From NCBI RefSeq assembly GCF_009914755.1, contig NC_060941.1: a DNA stretch of 64,000 bases, one strand, 5' to 3'. Positions 1 to 14,416 of this stretch are shown piece after piece. The notes beneath the pieces are model-generated. The model did not search any database. It worked only from the letters and a program-made list of their open reading frames with translations, and was not told the DNA's origin. The stretch comes from the human T2T-CHM13v2.0 reference genome, Homo sapiens. Position 1 is the stretch's first letter. Each line of letters opens with the position of its first letter. Made by a program: the position numbers and the translations under genes.

Positions 1-35
1 ATTTTTTTGTCCATATACATATATTTTTACATATT

Positions 36-598
36 ATGGTAAGCAGCTTCTAAAAGGGCTCTCAGTGGCCTCTGCCTCCTGGTTTTCATGCCCTCATGGA
101 ATAAAAGTGTGAGCTGAACCTAGTGACTTATATCTAATGAATAGAATAACGGCAAAAGTAATGGTGTGTCACTTCAGAGATTAAGTTACAAAAAACTGTG
201 ACTTTTCTCTTATTTGCCCTCTCTTGCTCCCTCACTTACTCATTTACATAAAGCCATCTGCTGTGTGTGACCTGCCCTCTGCAGAAGGCCATGGAGCAAA
301 GAAACAATGGTCACTTCTGGCCAACAGCCAGTGAGGAACTGAAGCTGTCAATCCAACAAACCAGAAAGAACTGAATCCTGCCAACAACCAGTGAGCTGGG
401 AAATAGACTCTTCCCCAGTCAAGTCTTGGGATGACCCCCAGCCCCAAGTAACACCTCCATAGCAGCGTGTGACTGATTCTAGGGCAGAGTCTAAGTTGTG
501 CCTGAATTCTTGACCAACAAACAATGTAAATAATTAATGGTGTTTTAATCCTTTAAGTCGTGGGATAATTTGTTACATAGCAATAGATAATGAATACA
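36..598 (+). mobile_element. MaLR solo LTR, MLT1F/MLT1E-like
   Basis: MLT1 motifs CTGGCCAACAGCCAGTGAGGAACTGA and AATCCTGCCAACAACC; typical end TTTGTTACATAGCAATAGATAATGAATACA. Confidence 0.8.
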
Positions 599-609
599 CA
601 AACGTCACA

Positions 610-799
610 AACTGTAAGATGCCATTAATGGTAAGATACCTTTTATTTTATGTTCCCCAAATAAGAAACACTCCTGCCAATATGATCTGCCAATATGATC
701 TGTCATAAGATGGATAGCGCACTGTTGATTTTAATACATAGCATAATTTCAGAGATGTGTGAACAAAATGTGCATCTTACAATCAGTGACACTATGGTA
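610..799 (-). mobile_element. TcMar-Tc2 (Kanga/MER104-like) fragment
   Basis: TTTCAGAGATG...AAAATGTGCATCTTACAATC...TATGGTA resembles a Tc2 terminus; reverse complement of the motif at 5490-5545. Confidence 0.5.
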
Positions 800-847
800 G
801 TTGTAATCATCACATACACAAATTTTATATAATGTATTTTTTCCTAA

Positions 848-1141
<294 letters not shown>

Positions 1142-1200
1142 TCCTGGATGTTTTATCGTGGACATAGTCCAAGGTTGTATGCCATCTTTATCCCATCCAT

Positions 1201-1350
1201 TTTTCTGTGTGTGTGATTTTTTTTTTTTTTTTAGTAGAGACGGGGTTTCACCATGTTAGCCAGGATGGTCTCAATCTCCTGACCTCGTGATCTGCCCGCC
1301 TCAGCCTCCCAAAGTGCTGGGATTACAGGCGTGAGCCACCGCGCCTGGCC
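1201..1350 (-). mobile_element. Alu left monomer only (AluY/Sc-type diagnostics)
   Basis: GTTAGCCAGGATGGTCTC and GACCTCGTGATC; right arm absent, T tract starts at the linker. Confidence 0.85.
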
Positions 1351-1623
1351 CCCAATCCATGACAAAAAACTTCGAATAGTACATGTCCATGTATTATTTC
1401 TACCAGTTTTTATATACTTCCGGGAATAGTCTGCGCACACTCAAGCATCTCTCTTCCCTTGTTTTCTCTTCTCTTTGTTTTTTCTCTTTTAACACACTTG
1501 GTAGCACACTAAGTGCATTGTTCTGCACCTTGCGCTTTTCAGTGAGCAATGTGTCTTGGTAATAGTTTCATAATACTTTGTAAAGATCCTCTTCAATATT
1601 GAGGCTGAGAAGTCTGACTTTAG

Positions 1624-1954
<331 letters not shown>

Positions 1955-1959
1955 TCTAA

Positions 1960-2102
1960 GATCTTTTTAAGATCTTTTATTTATTCATGATTTGTAAAGT
2001 TCTGTGATAATTTAGCTCTATTTTTCCTTCTGATGCTGGCTTCCTTGTATATTCTTTCAGTCTACAGGCTGCTAGCTTTTACTCCTGTATGTATGTGTAT
2101 AA

Positions 2103-2138
<36 letters not shown>

Positions 2139-3430
2139 TTTTCTTTACCTGTTTTCTGTTTGTCTGGAACGGAAACTTCTATTCCTGTTATTTGACTGTT
2201 AGGTTTTCTGGGTTAATCCTTTCTCTCATGTCTTGCTTTTGCCCATAATTTTTATTTCCTGATCTCTATTTGCTATCTTTGTGGGAAGGAAACTGGGATG
2301 AACTTTATATTCATGGAAAGATAAAGTTCCATAGAAATTTTTACTTTGCGTGCTCTAGCTTTATTTATTAAGAGCTCTTCTTTCCTCACTGATTAATAAA
2401 TTCTTGTTTTATGGATACATTATCTTCTCATATCTTTCCAAGGATGTTATGTTAAGGTTGTTTTATGGATGCATTATCTTCTCATATCTCTCCAAGGATG
2501 ACATTTAGCACAAATCCCTTCCTTTCCTTTCCCTTTCTCTTTCTCTTTCTCTCTCTTTCTTTCTTTCTTTTCTCCCTTTCTGGCTCTGTCTTTCTCTTTC
2601 TTCCTCCCTTTGTCTCTCCTTTTTAAAAAATTAACCCAAACTTTGGCATATTGAGAAATAATGTGGGAAAAGAGGTAAGGCAGATGAAAGACCAAGAAAC
2701 CACTTTTATTAAACAATTGAAGAGTCAGGTAGAGGATGCAGTTTAGTCTAAGAGTCCAGTGGGCCTGCAAACTCAACCCCAGAACTGGGAAACTTAGGCA
2801 GCCAATCACGGGCAATGCTGAACTGGGACAGGACTCCTCCCATGGTACGACTGTTCTCACTGAGGGGTAGAAAAAAACATGCTCTGTCTTGGAAAGACTC
2901 ACTCCCAGGAGGAAAGGGTGGAGCTGAACTAAGTCTGACCGGTTCTTTCTCCCAGACTCACCTTTACTGCCCTGTGGGAGAGGCTAGTGGGAGGGTGGGC
3001 AAGGCCAGAGCGTGTCCTGCCTCCATGTGGAGGGAGATACGGGAAGCTGGTAAGTCTCCCTGCCAACCTCTCCTTGGGGTGGAGGGTCAGTTCCTGGTTT
3101 CTGGCACTCTGTGTGTGGGAGTAGGTGAAGGTGCTGACTGTTATAAATACTGAATTCCATCTTAGCCTCCAGGGTTGCTCTTGTGTCCCCCTCCTACACT
3201 CTGTGATATCAGATGTCCCCAGCTTATGAGTTTCTCTGACTCTCTGTGGTGGGGAGAGGCAGGTCTATTCTCAGCCCTCTGCTTTTATTCACAGCTTTCT
3301 CTGCCCTGCTAAAGAAGTTACTCCCTCTGCCCTGTTTCTCCTTCCTCAAAACTGTTTATCTTTCCCATTCAGGACATCTCTTGTCCTGATGTCTCTGTTT
3401 GTGAGAATTTATGTATTTTTTTCTCCTTTA
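1960..3430 (-). mobile_element. Highly diverged old L1/HAL1-like sequence
   Basis: T-rich degenerate sequence resembling 10430-11160; boundaries approximate. Confidence 0.35.
2104..2136. repeat. (TG)n microsatellite
   Basis: Seen directly. Confidence 0.95.
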
Positions 3431-3454
3431 CTGTGGAAAGAGATGCATTAAAGC

Positions 3455-3642
3455 ACAAGCTTTAGATTCTTACACTTGCTTTGCCGCATACTAACTATGT
3501 GACTTTGGACAAGTTATTTAACCTCTCTTTGCCTTAGATTCTTCAATTGTAAAATGGATTGTTATAAGGTTGGAAAGTGACAACACATGTAAAGTGCCCA
3601 GATTAACGTCTGGCACCCAGAGAACATTCAATAAATATTAGT
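3455..3642 (+). mobile_element. MIR SINE
   Basis: Core TGTGACTTTGGACAAGTTATTTAACCTCTCT...TGTAAAATGG. Confidence 0.8.
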
Positions 3643-3737
3643 CATCATCATTACCATCTCAGCATCTTCTTAGTGGAGTTTTGGGAAGGGTAGGATGTAA
3701 ATATGAGTGTTCTATTAATATCGCCATCTTTCTACAT

Positions 3738-3971
3738 CAACTTGTCCAACCTGCAGCCCACAGGCCACATGTGGCCCAGGATGGCTTTGAATGCAGCCCA
3801 ACACAAAATTCATAAACATTCTTAAAACATTACGAGATTTGTGCATGGACTTTTTTTTTTTTTTCAGTAGCTCATCAAGTAATGTTAGTGTTAGTGTAGT
3901 TTATGTGTAGTCCAAGACAATTCTTCTTCTTCCAATGTGGCCCAGGGAAGCCAAAAGATTGAACATCCCTG
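3738..3971 (-). mobile_element. MER30 hAT-Charlie MITE
   Basis: TTGTCCAACC...GGCCCAGGATGGCTTTGAATGC...CCAAAAGATTGAACATCCCTG; flanks TTCTACAT / ATCTACAT resemble a target-site duplication (TSD). Confidence 0.85.
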
Positions 3972-4179
3972 TATCTACATGGTCTTCGTAGCTTTTGTTT
4001 TTATTGGTACTTTCTCCACACTGTAATTTCCATGGAGGAAAGGTCTATCTTTTTTTTTATTCTGTATTATATCTATAGCACTTGGCAAACACATGACCTA
4101 TGGTATGTACTCAGACAATATTTGTGGGGTGAATCAATGAAAACAAATTCGCTCATAACATTTCTTGTAGGAGACAATA

Positions 4180-4427
4180 TTGTATGGTAATCAAAAACAT
4201 GGGCTTTTAAATGACACTGTTTGGGTTTGAACTATGGCTGGGTCATTCACTGATAGTGCAACCTTGAACACTTTCTTAATTTCTCTACCCTTCAATGTCC
4301 CCACCTGTAAACTGAGGATAAAAATTGTACCTACCTCATAAGGGTAATATGAGGACTAACAGCAATAAACTGTGAAGCATTTAGCATCATGACTGGCACA
4401 TAGTAATTGCTCAATGAACATTAGCTT
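4180..4427 (+). mobile_element. MIR SINE
   Basis: Degenerate core plus 3' end TGGCACATAGTAATTGCTCAATGAACATTAGC. Confidence 0.7.
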
Positions 4428-4564
4428 CGATCATTGGTGGTGCTTTTGTAATTGTTTATTGCCTATATGCCAGTCACTGGGTTAGGCACAAGTATATACA
4501 TCACTTACTGAGGCCCTATGATTTGCTGTATACTGTATTTAATAGCGTACACAGTAGTACTTCC

Positions 4565-4869
4565 TTTTCTTTTCTTGTTTTTTGAGACAGAGTCTCGCTC
4601 TATTACCCAGGTGGGAGTGCAGTGGTGTGATCTCTGCTCACTGCAATCCCTCCCTGCCTCCTGGGCTTAAGCTGTCCTCCTATGTCAGCCCTCTGGGTAG
4701 CTGAGACCACAGGCACACATCACTATGCCTGGCTAGTTTTTGTATTTTTTTGTAGAGACAGGGTTTCATCATGTTGCCCAGGCTGATCTCGAACTCCTGA
4801 GCGTATGTGATCCACCCGCTTCGGCCTCCTAAAGTGCCGGGATTACAGGCATGAGCCACAGCGCCCGGC
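4565..4869 (-). mobile_element. AluJ-type SINE
   Basis: Antisense dimer with J-type diagnostics. Confidence 0.9.
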
Positions 4870-4904
4870 TTGTAGTAGTTTCTATAGTCAGATACTGCGT
4901 GTGG

Positions 4905-5470
4905 TTTCTATAGTCAGTGGATTTGAATTCAACCCTGCTATTCAGACCTCAGCTGAATAACTTAGAACAAATTAGTTAATCTTATTGAGCCTCACTATTA
5001 ATATTTGTAGAATAGGGTAATGATAAACCTACCTATAGGGTAGTTATGAGGCAAACCATGTAAAGCCCTTAGCACAGAGCTTAGCACATAGTACATGCTC
5101 AGTAAATATTAGCTATGATGATGATGATGTTGACAACAACAATTATGGTGGCAGTGACAATGATAAAACCATGGTAATTATAGTGGTGACAGGAATGATA
5201 GTGGTGACAACAGCGATGGTTGTGTCTGTGACAATGTTGATAAGGGTGTCAGTGATGCCGGCAATGAGGATAACCATACTGACCTGAGAGGCAGGAGCAT
5301 GCAGGAGTTATGTGCTTTGGTTGTAGAGTCAGAGGAACCTGGAGCCAAGTATCTGTTCTGTCTTAACTAGATGTGTGACTTTAAGGAAGCAATTTTATCT
5401 AATTAAATTTTGGCATCCTCTTCTGTAAAAACAATCATTGTTTCGCAGGGCTGTTGGGAAGTTTAAAAAA
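4905..5470 (+). mobile_element. Two MIR fragments (about 4905-5116 and 5300-5470) separated by a degenerate (GAT/GGT)n tract
   Basis: MIR core and tail motifs such as AGCACATAGTACATGCTCAGTAAATATTAGCT. Confidence 0.65.
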
Positions 5471-5473
5471 ATG

Positions 5474-5896
5474 TTATATATCATTCCTTAAAGATGCCTA
5501 TTTTTCATATTTTAACATCTCTGAAATTAGAAATGCATCTTGCAGTTACTGTCAGCCAGGCAGAACTAAATTTGTTTTAATTTTTAATTTTTGTGGGTAC
5601 ATGGTAGGCATCTATATTTGTGGGATGCATGAGATACTTTGATATAGGCATGCAATGTGAACATTCAGACTGAATTTTTCTTTCTCTTATATTCTCTTTC
5701 TCATGAAGACACAAGAGTAATTCTATGACAGTCACTAAATATAAGTACAAAAGTCTTCTCAATAAGTAGAAAATAAAACCTCAAACTGATAAACTGTGTT
5801 ATAACTTAACTGACAGTGTTTTATTTACTTTTTAAAGGTACAAAAAATAACAGTTTGTCCTTCAGGTGATAGAATTTTAGTTTTGATGAAAAATAG
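5474..5896 (+). mobile_element. TcMar-Tc2 (Kanga/MER104-like) element interrupted by an antisense L1MA 3' fragment (about 5572-5662)
   Basis: TTTTCATATTTTAACATCTCTGAAATT start and TTGATGAAAAATAGTA end; inner TTTTGTGGGTACATGGTAGG is an L1MA 3' end. Confidence 0.55.
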
Positions 5897-5999
5897 TAAC
5901 ACGTTTTGAACACCACACAGTGTAATAGTTACCTCTTTCATCTGGTTTTGTCCCATTTTGCTGTAATAAGATTTACACAAACTAAGAAAAATATATACC

Positions 6000-6720
<721 letters not shown>

Positions 6721-6737
6721 CAAACCCTGACTCGCTA

Positions 6738-6813
6738 ATCACACATTCTATGCATGTAACAAAATATCACACGTACCCCATAAATCCATAAAATATTGTA
6801 TATCAGTAAAAAA
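6738..6813 (+). mobile_element. L1MA 3' end fragment
   Basis: ACACATTCTATGCATGTAACAAAATATCACACGTACCCCATAAAT. Confidence 0.7.
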
Positions 6814-6936
6814 GTATTGTTAACATGAAACTGTGGTTACTTCTCCAAGATGAATACATGCTTCACCAAATGAGATTTTATTTTTTAAGTGAAGGAATCC
6901 AGTTAAAAGCAAAAAGAGGTTAAGAAAAACAAGATA

Positions 6937-7240
6937 GGCCAGGTGCTGTGGCTCACTCCTGTAATCCCAGCACTTTGGGAGGCTGAGGTGGGTGGATCCC
7001 AAGATCAGGAGTTCAAGACCAGCCTGGCCAACATGGTTAAACCCTGTCTCTACTAAAAATACAAAAAAAATTAACCAGGCGTAATGGCGTGTGCCTGTAG
7101 TCTTAGCTACTTGGGAGGTTGAGGCAGGAGAATCGCTTGAACCCGGGAGGCAGAGGTTGCAGTGAGCTGAGATTCACTGAACTCCAGCCTGGGTGACAGA
7201 GTGAGACTCCATCTCAAAAAAAAAGAAAAAAAAAAAATAA
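6937..7240 (+). mobile_element. AluS SINE
   Basis: Full dimer with A tail. Confidence 0.9.
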
Positions 7241-7323
7241 ATCCAGAGGTCTGATGAATACCCAAAAGTCGGCTGTGGAGGTCCCTCTGCATACGAAGGG
7301 TAGGACCCCAATGGTTGTGTTTC

Positions 7324-7327
<4 letters not shown>

Positions 7328-7371
<44 letters not shown>
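7328..7371. repeat. (TG)n microsatellite
   Basis: Seen directly. Confidence 0.95.
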
Positions 7372-7377
<6 letters not shown>

Positions 7378-7931
7378 AAGTTGGCAATTATGGAGTCTTT
7401 CCACTGATTCAAACTAATAAATCACCATCTCTCAGTACAAACTTGATTTGGAGTTAAAAGTCATGTCAATCATGTATATCGTATTAAAATGTAATAAAAG
7501 TGAACACTGAAATTTTTACAAATAACACCATGAAGGAAAATTCGGCTGAAGACATTATAGCTAATTTGTAAAAGGATAATTAGGAATATTCAAGAAACAT
7601 AGGGATGTGAATGTTCAAAATTATTAGTATCTGGAAGTAATAAATTGTAACTTTTTTTTCACCCACCAGATTAGTTAAGAACAAAAGAAATGTGATGTGT
7701 CAAAGTGAGGAGAGAGACTGTGGATGGGAATGTAAATACATGGTTCAATTTTTCTTTTACAAAAGACTTGTAATCAAAGTTATACATGTACAGAGCTTTT
7801 AAAAAGTCCAGTGGTACCATGAGGAATAATATAAAAGATAGTAATCTCCTGCCCCACCCCTTCTCACACTAGATCCTGTTCCCTGGAGCCAACTGTTGTC
7901 CACTCTTTTAGCAAATTCTTTCGCTATTTGC

Positions 7932-8227
<296 letters not shown>

Positions 8228-8358
8228 TGCTTTCATATCTTAAAATAATATGCTTAAGGAACTCTTTCTCGATTTTTGGTTTTATGTATTACTATTGACA
8301 TCTTACTAGAAAACAAGAGGCTCTACCTCTGTCTTAGTTTTTGTTCCCCACAATAGTC

Positions 8359-8544
8359 GAGTTGCCAATAAAATGTAGGATGCTCATTTAAATTTGAATT
8401 TCAGTTGAACAACAAATCATTTTTTATACAAGTATGTCCCAAGTATAGCATGGGCAAACTTGTATGAAAACATGATTTGTCATTTATCTGAAATTCAAAT
8501 TTAGTGGGGCGTTTTGTATTTTTATTTGCTAAATCTGGCAACCT
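8359..8544. mobile_element. MER53 palindromic hAT MITE
   Basis: Inverted arms AAATTTGAATTTCAG / CTGAAATTCAAATTT and termini GTTGCCA / TGGCAAC. Confidence 0.85.
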
Positions 8545-8578
8545 TGCGTGAAGGAGACACAGAGATAAAGACAGTACA

Positions 8579-9233
<655 letters not shown>

Positions 9234-9539
9234 GTACACAATTTAATCAAAAGGCACTCCCAGGAAGCACAAGCAAGAATGAAGGGAGAACGAGAGAATG
9301 AAGAGAGAATAGTCAACGAAGGGTCCATTTAGTGAGTGGATTGTCACTGTGGACGATCTGAGCTCAGTCATGCTGGGAGCCCTTTGAGAGACTATGGAGC
9401 ATACCTCAGAATTGTCCCGCTAGAGGGCAGGAGGGTGGAGATACCAGTGCACTGGCTGCAGTCCCTCCTTGGTTAAGGGTGGTCCTCACATGTCTGGGTT
9501 GCCCTCGTGCTGTAGCCACGCATTTTTATTTCTCCCACC

Positions 9540-11580
9540 TCCCATTCTTGGGTAAATCAACATCGTATATTTACACTACAATGATTATATAGCTGTGATT
9601 CACCACTGAGCTGCAATTGCGTGTCTCACACAACTTTTTGTATTCTTGGGCTTAATAATTGCTTCCTCCATTATTCGCTTTAGGTTTCCATTGCATCCAT
9701 TACTAATTCAATCCTTAACTTTCTAAGTGAATGGATAATCTGAGAATACATTTGACAGCTCAGGTACTCCCTCAATTTCATCATCTTTTCTTGACACCCT
9801 CTCACTCTGATCCTTGTTCTGCTTTTCTCATCTGGTCTGGTTGCTTTCTAGGCCTACAGGTCTTAAGATGTCTCTTTACTGCCATTCCTGAAAAATCCTG
9901 TAACTCCTGTTCTGGGTTGGATCTCTGTTTCTCAAATCACAAGCCCTTACTTTCTGGGTGTACTTTCTTATTTTGATGGAGAATATTCTCCAAGAACCTC
10001 CTGATATGGTTAGGCTTTGTGTCCCCACCTAAGTCTCATCTTGAGTTGTAATCTGCATAATCCCCACGTGTTAAGGGAGAGACCAGGTGGAAGTAATTGA
10101 ATCATGGCGGGGGCGGGGAGGGGGAAGGGGGATTGGGGGAGGTGGGGGAGAAGGGCGGTTTCCCCCATGCTGTTCTCATGATAGTGAGTGAGGTCTTATG
10201 AGATCTAATGGTTTTATAAGGGGCTCTTCCCTCTTTGCTCGGCACTTCTCCTTTCTGTCACCTTGTGAAGAAGGTGCCTTGCTTCCTCTTTGCCTTCTGC
10301 CATGATTGTAAGTTTCCTGAGGCCTCCCCAGCCATGCCTGAACTGTGAGTCAATTAAACCTCTTTCCTTTGTAAATTACCCAGTTTCAGGCAGTTCTTTT
10401 AAGCAGTATGAAAACAGACTAATACACCTCCCAAGAAAGAATTCATGAGAAGTAAATTTTTGTATTCTTGCATGTCTGCAAATATCTTTATTCAAATAAA
10501 GAACATCGTGGCTGAATATCAAATTACATTGGGCATTATTTTCTCCAGAATTTTGAAGGTTCTGCTCATTGTTCAATTCCAATAGCATTCTGAAGCCTTG
10601 TTCATTCCATTTGATCTGCTCTTTTCTCTTTGTTCTGAACTTTGTTGTTGTTGTTGTTGAATTTCATCGTTATGTGCCTTGTGGGTCTTTTCCCCGCTAT
10701 TTATTGTGCTGAACACTTGATGAAAACTTCCAGTCTGGAAAATCACGGCCTTCACTCCTTGTGTTATTTCTTTGCAAATTTCTTCCCTTCTGTTTTCCAT
10801 GTACTCTTTTTCTTGTAACATTTCTTCTTTTCTTCCTTCTTTTTTCCCTTTTTTTGGATGTAGAATTTCTTGAATAGACCCTTTAGTTTTTCTATCTTTT
10901 TTCTCTTATTTTCCTTATTTTATCTTTGAGTTTTACTTGTTGGTAGATTTTTTCAACTCTATTTCCTTTCAAACATTCTATCAAATTAAAAATTTCTACA
11001 ATTATTCTTTTAATTTCCAAGAGCTGTTTCTTATTCTCTTATTATCTCTTTTTATAGACCATCATTGTATAATAATATAACTATTTCTCTGAGGATATTT
11101 ATTATAGTTAAAAAAGTCATTTTGCCATCTGCATTGTCTTTATTTCCATGAAATTTTTTCTCTTAGTTTGTTTCCCACCCTGCCCCCTGACCCTCAACGT
11201 TTTTTTTTTTTTTTTGACATTCAAAGCTTGGAAGAGAGCTGGGACCCAACTTTGTAACATACCAATTCAAAGCAATGCAAAACTACGTAAAAGCTGACGT
11301 CAATGTCTAACTCTTCTAGGCTGTTCATTTATACTTACCAGAGAGACACTAAAATGCAAACTCTACACTGGTGGGTAATTGACAAAAGCCTGTCAATTTG
11401 GAACTTCACTGTCAAGTGATCAAGTAGTAACCTGGCGTTTCACTGGGAGACTTTCAGATATCAGTGTCTGTAGGATTTTTCTCCTGGACTAATCAGTTTC
11501 CTTAAAAAGGAATCCTATAAGACCCTTCCTGTGGTCTAAGTCTAGCTGCTAATGTTCTTGAAGCCAAGTGGAGATAGGGC
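9540..11580 (-). mobile_element. Diverged old L1/HAL1-like region hosting THE1D and a short poly(T) insertion
   Basis: T-rich degenerate L1-like sequence continuing across the LTR. Confidence 0.4.
10002..10426 (+). mobile_element. THE1D-like solo LTR
   Basis: TG...CA termini, perfect 5-bp TSD CCTCC (9997-10001, 10427-10431). Confidence 0.9.
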
Positions 11581-11615
11581 TGGTACCCCCAAAACTGGAT
11601 TTAGACTTCAAGTAA

Positions 11616-11862
<247 letters not shown>

Positions 11863-12746
11863 AATGCACTCTTTAATACAATAATACCTTGTAGATCTCT
11901 TTCCATTTCCAATAAATATAGATCATCATTGGGAATGAATACAAAGTATTCTTCTATATAGATCTGCCTTATTTTGCTTATTAATCTCATATTAATGGAC
12001 TTTCAAGTGATTTCTAGTTTTTCTCTATTGTACAGCATGCAGTAATGAACATCCTTGTGTAATTCCTAGAATTGTGACTGCTTGTGGAAAGGTATGCTTA
12101 TTTACATGTTGATACCTGTTGCCAACCATCCTCTAGAGGTCTTGCCCACCAGTGTTTCATTTTTAGATAGTAAAATCCATTTCTCTTGACTATTTGATTT
12201 CTTTGATTACTTCAAGCCTTAGGAATTTTTTTTTTAAACCTAGCATAGCTTTATGTCATTTTTCTATAATTTGATTAAAAAGACAAAAACTATAATCCAA
12301 GTAAAGCACAGAGGCTTTCGACTTCCTGATTTTATTAGAAATCAAGTGACAAATCTTTTCTTTAGGGCTGAAGAGATCTTTTCTTCCTTTCTTTAGGTGA
12401 GGAAGGGTTGATTTTTATAAATATTTGTTTATTTATTATTCTTATTTCTATGAGTCATTCAGGACTTATTCTTGTGCAAAATGTGAAAGAAAGCACACAG
12501 AAAACAATAAATAAAATAGTGCATCTGCCAATTCAACCACCTCTCTGTTGTCAAATTCATCCTTATCCCCAAGGGTAGTCTGAGTTTATCACTTTTGTGG
12601 GTAACCTTCCATTGACTTTCTTTTGCATTTACATATAGAGCATGCACAAACAGAAATACATAGATCTGTTGTGTGTGTTTTTTAATCTAAAAGTGATCAT
12701 GCACACATATTCTGCAGAGTGCTTTTTCCAACCCATAATATGACTT

Positions 12747-13466
<720 letters not shown>

Positions 13467-13599
13467 TAGTTTATTGAACTATTTCCAAATGATGGACATT
13501 TAGGTTGTTTTCCCTGTTAAAAATGATGATATAGTCAGCAACAAATGACTTTGTTTCTTCCAGGGACTCTTTCTCTGAGACAAATAATGGAAGTGGAAT

Positions 13600-14153
13600 T
13601 GTCAGAGGCATGTGAACCATAGCAACTCCATCTTAAATAGGAGCTGGGTAAAATGAGGCTGAAACCTACTGGGCTGCATTCCCAGACAGTTAAGGCATTC
13701 TAAGTCACAGGATGAGATAGGAGGTCAGTGCAAAATACAGGTCATAAAAACTTTGCTGATAACACAGGTTGCAGTAAAGAAGCTGGCCAAAACTCACCAA
13801 AACCAAAATGGTGACAAGAGTGACCTCTGGTCATCCTCACTACTACATGCCCACCAGTCCTATGACAGTTTACACATGCCATGGCAACATCAGGAAGTTA
13901 CCCTATATGGTCTAAAAAGGGGAGGCATGAATAATCCACCCCTTGTTTAGCATCTCATCAAGAAATAACCACAAAAATGGGCAACCAGCAGCCCTTGGGG
14001 CTGCTCTGTCTATGGAGTAGCCATTCTTTTATTCCTTTACTTTCTTAATAAACTTGCTTTCACTTTGCACTGCAGACTTGCTCTGAATTCTTTCTTGCGG
14101 GAGATCCAAGAACCCTCTCTTGGGGTCTGGATCGGGACCCCTTTCCTGTAACG
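13600..14153 (+). mobile_element. MER41A ERV1 solo LTR
   Basis: TGTCAGAGGC...GGGACCCCTTTCCTGTAAC; junction AAGGGGAGGCATGAATAATCC; 4-bp TSD GAAT/GAAC. Confidence 0.88.
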
Positions 14154-14202
14154 GAACTGCTGGGTCAAAGGAGGAGTATATTTGAATTATCGTTGCATTT
14201 AG

Positions 14203-14416
14203 AGCAGTGTTTCTCAACCGTTTTTTCTGTTATTATCCTCCCCCCAGAAAAAATTAAATTGAAATTATTAAATTAAAGTAAAATGACAAGCTAATTTAAT
14301 TGTAAATTAAGTTAATTAAATTACATTAAATTTCTCCCTGATACGAGAAATTAAATACTAAAGAATAAGATTTTGTTGAGTAGGGTTGTAATATTGCCCC
14401 CTTTGAGAATGCATGA
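14203..14416. mobile_element. hAT-Charlie-type MITE
   Basis: Terminal inverted repeat-like CAGTGTTTCTCAA ... TTGAGAATGCATG. Confidence 0.5.

Noticed and set aside
8359-8544. MER53 hairpin as a miR-1302-like gene
   Set aside because: The hairpin is intrinsic to the MITE and one arm is degraded; expression cannot be judged from sequence
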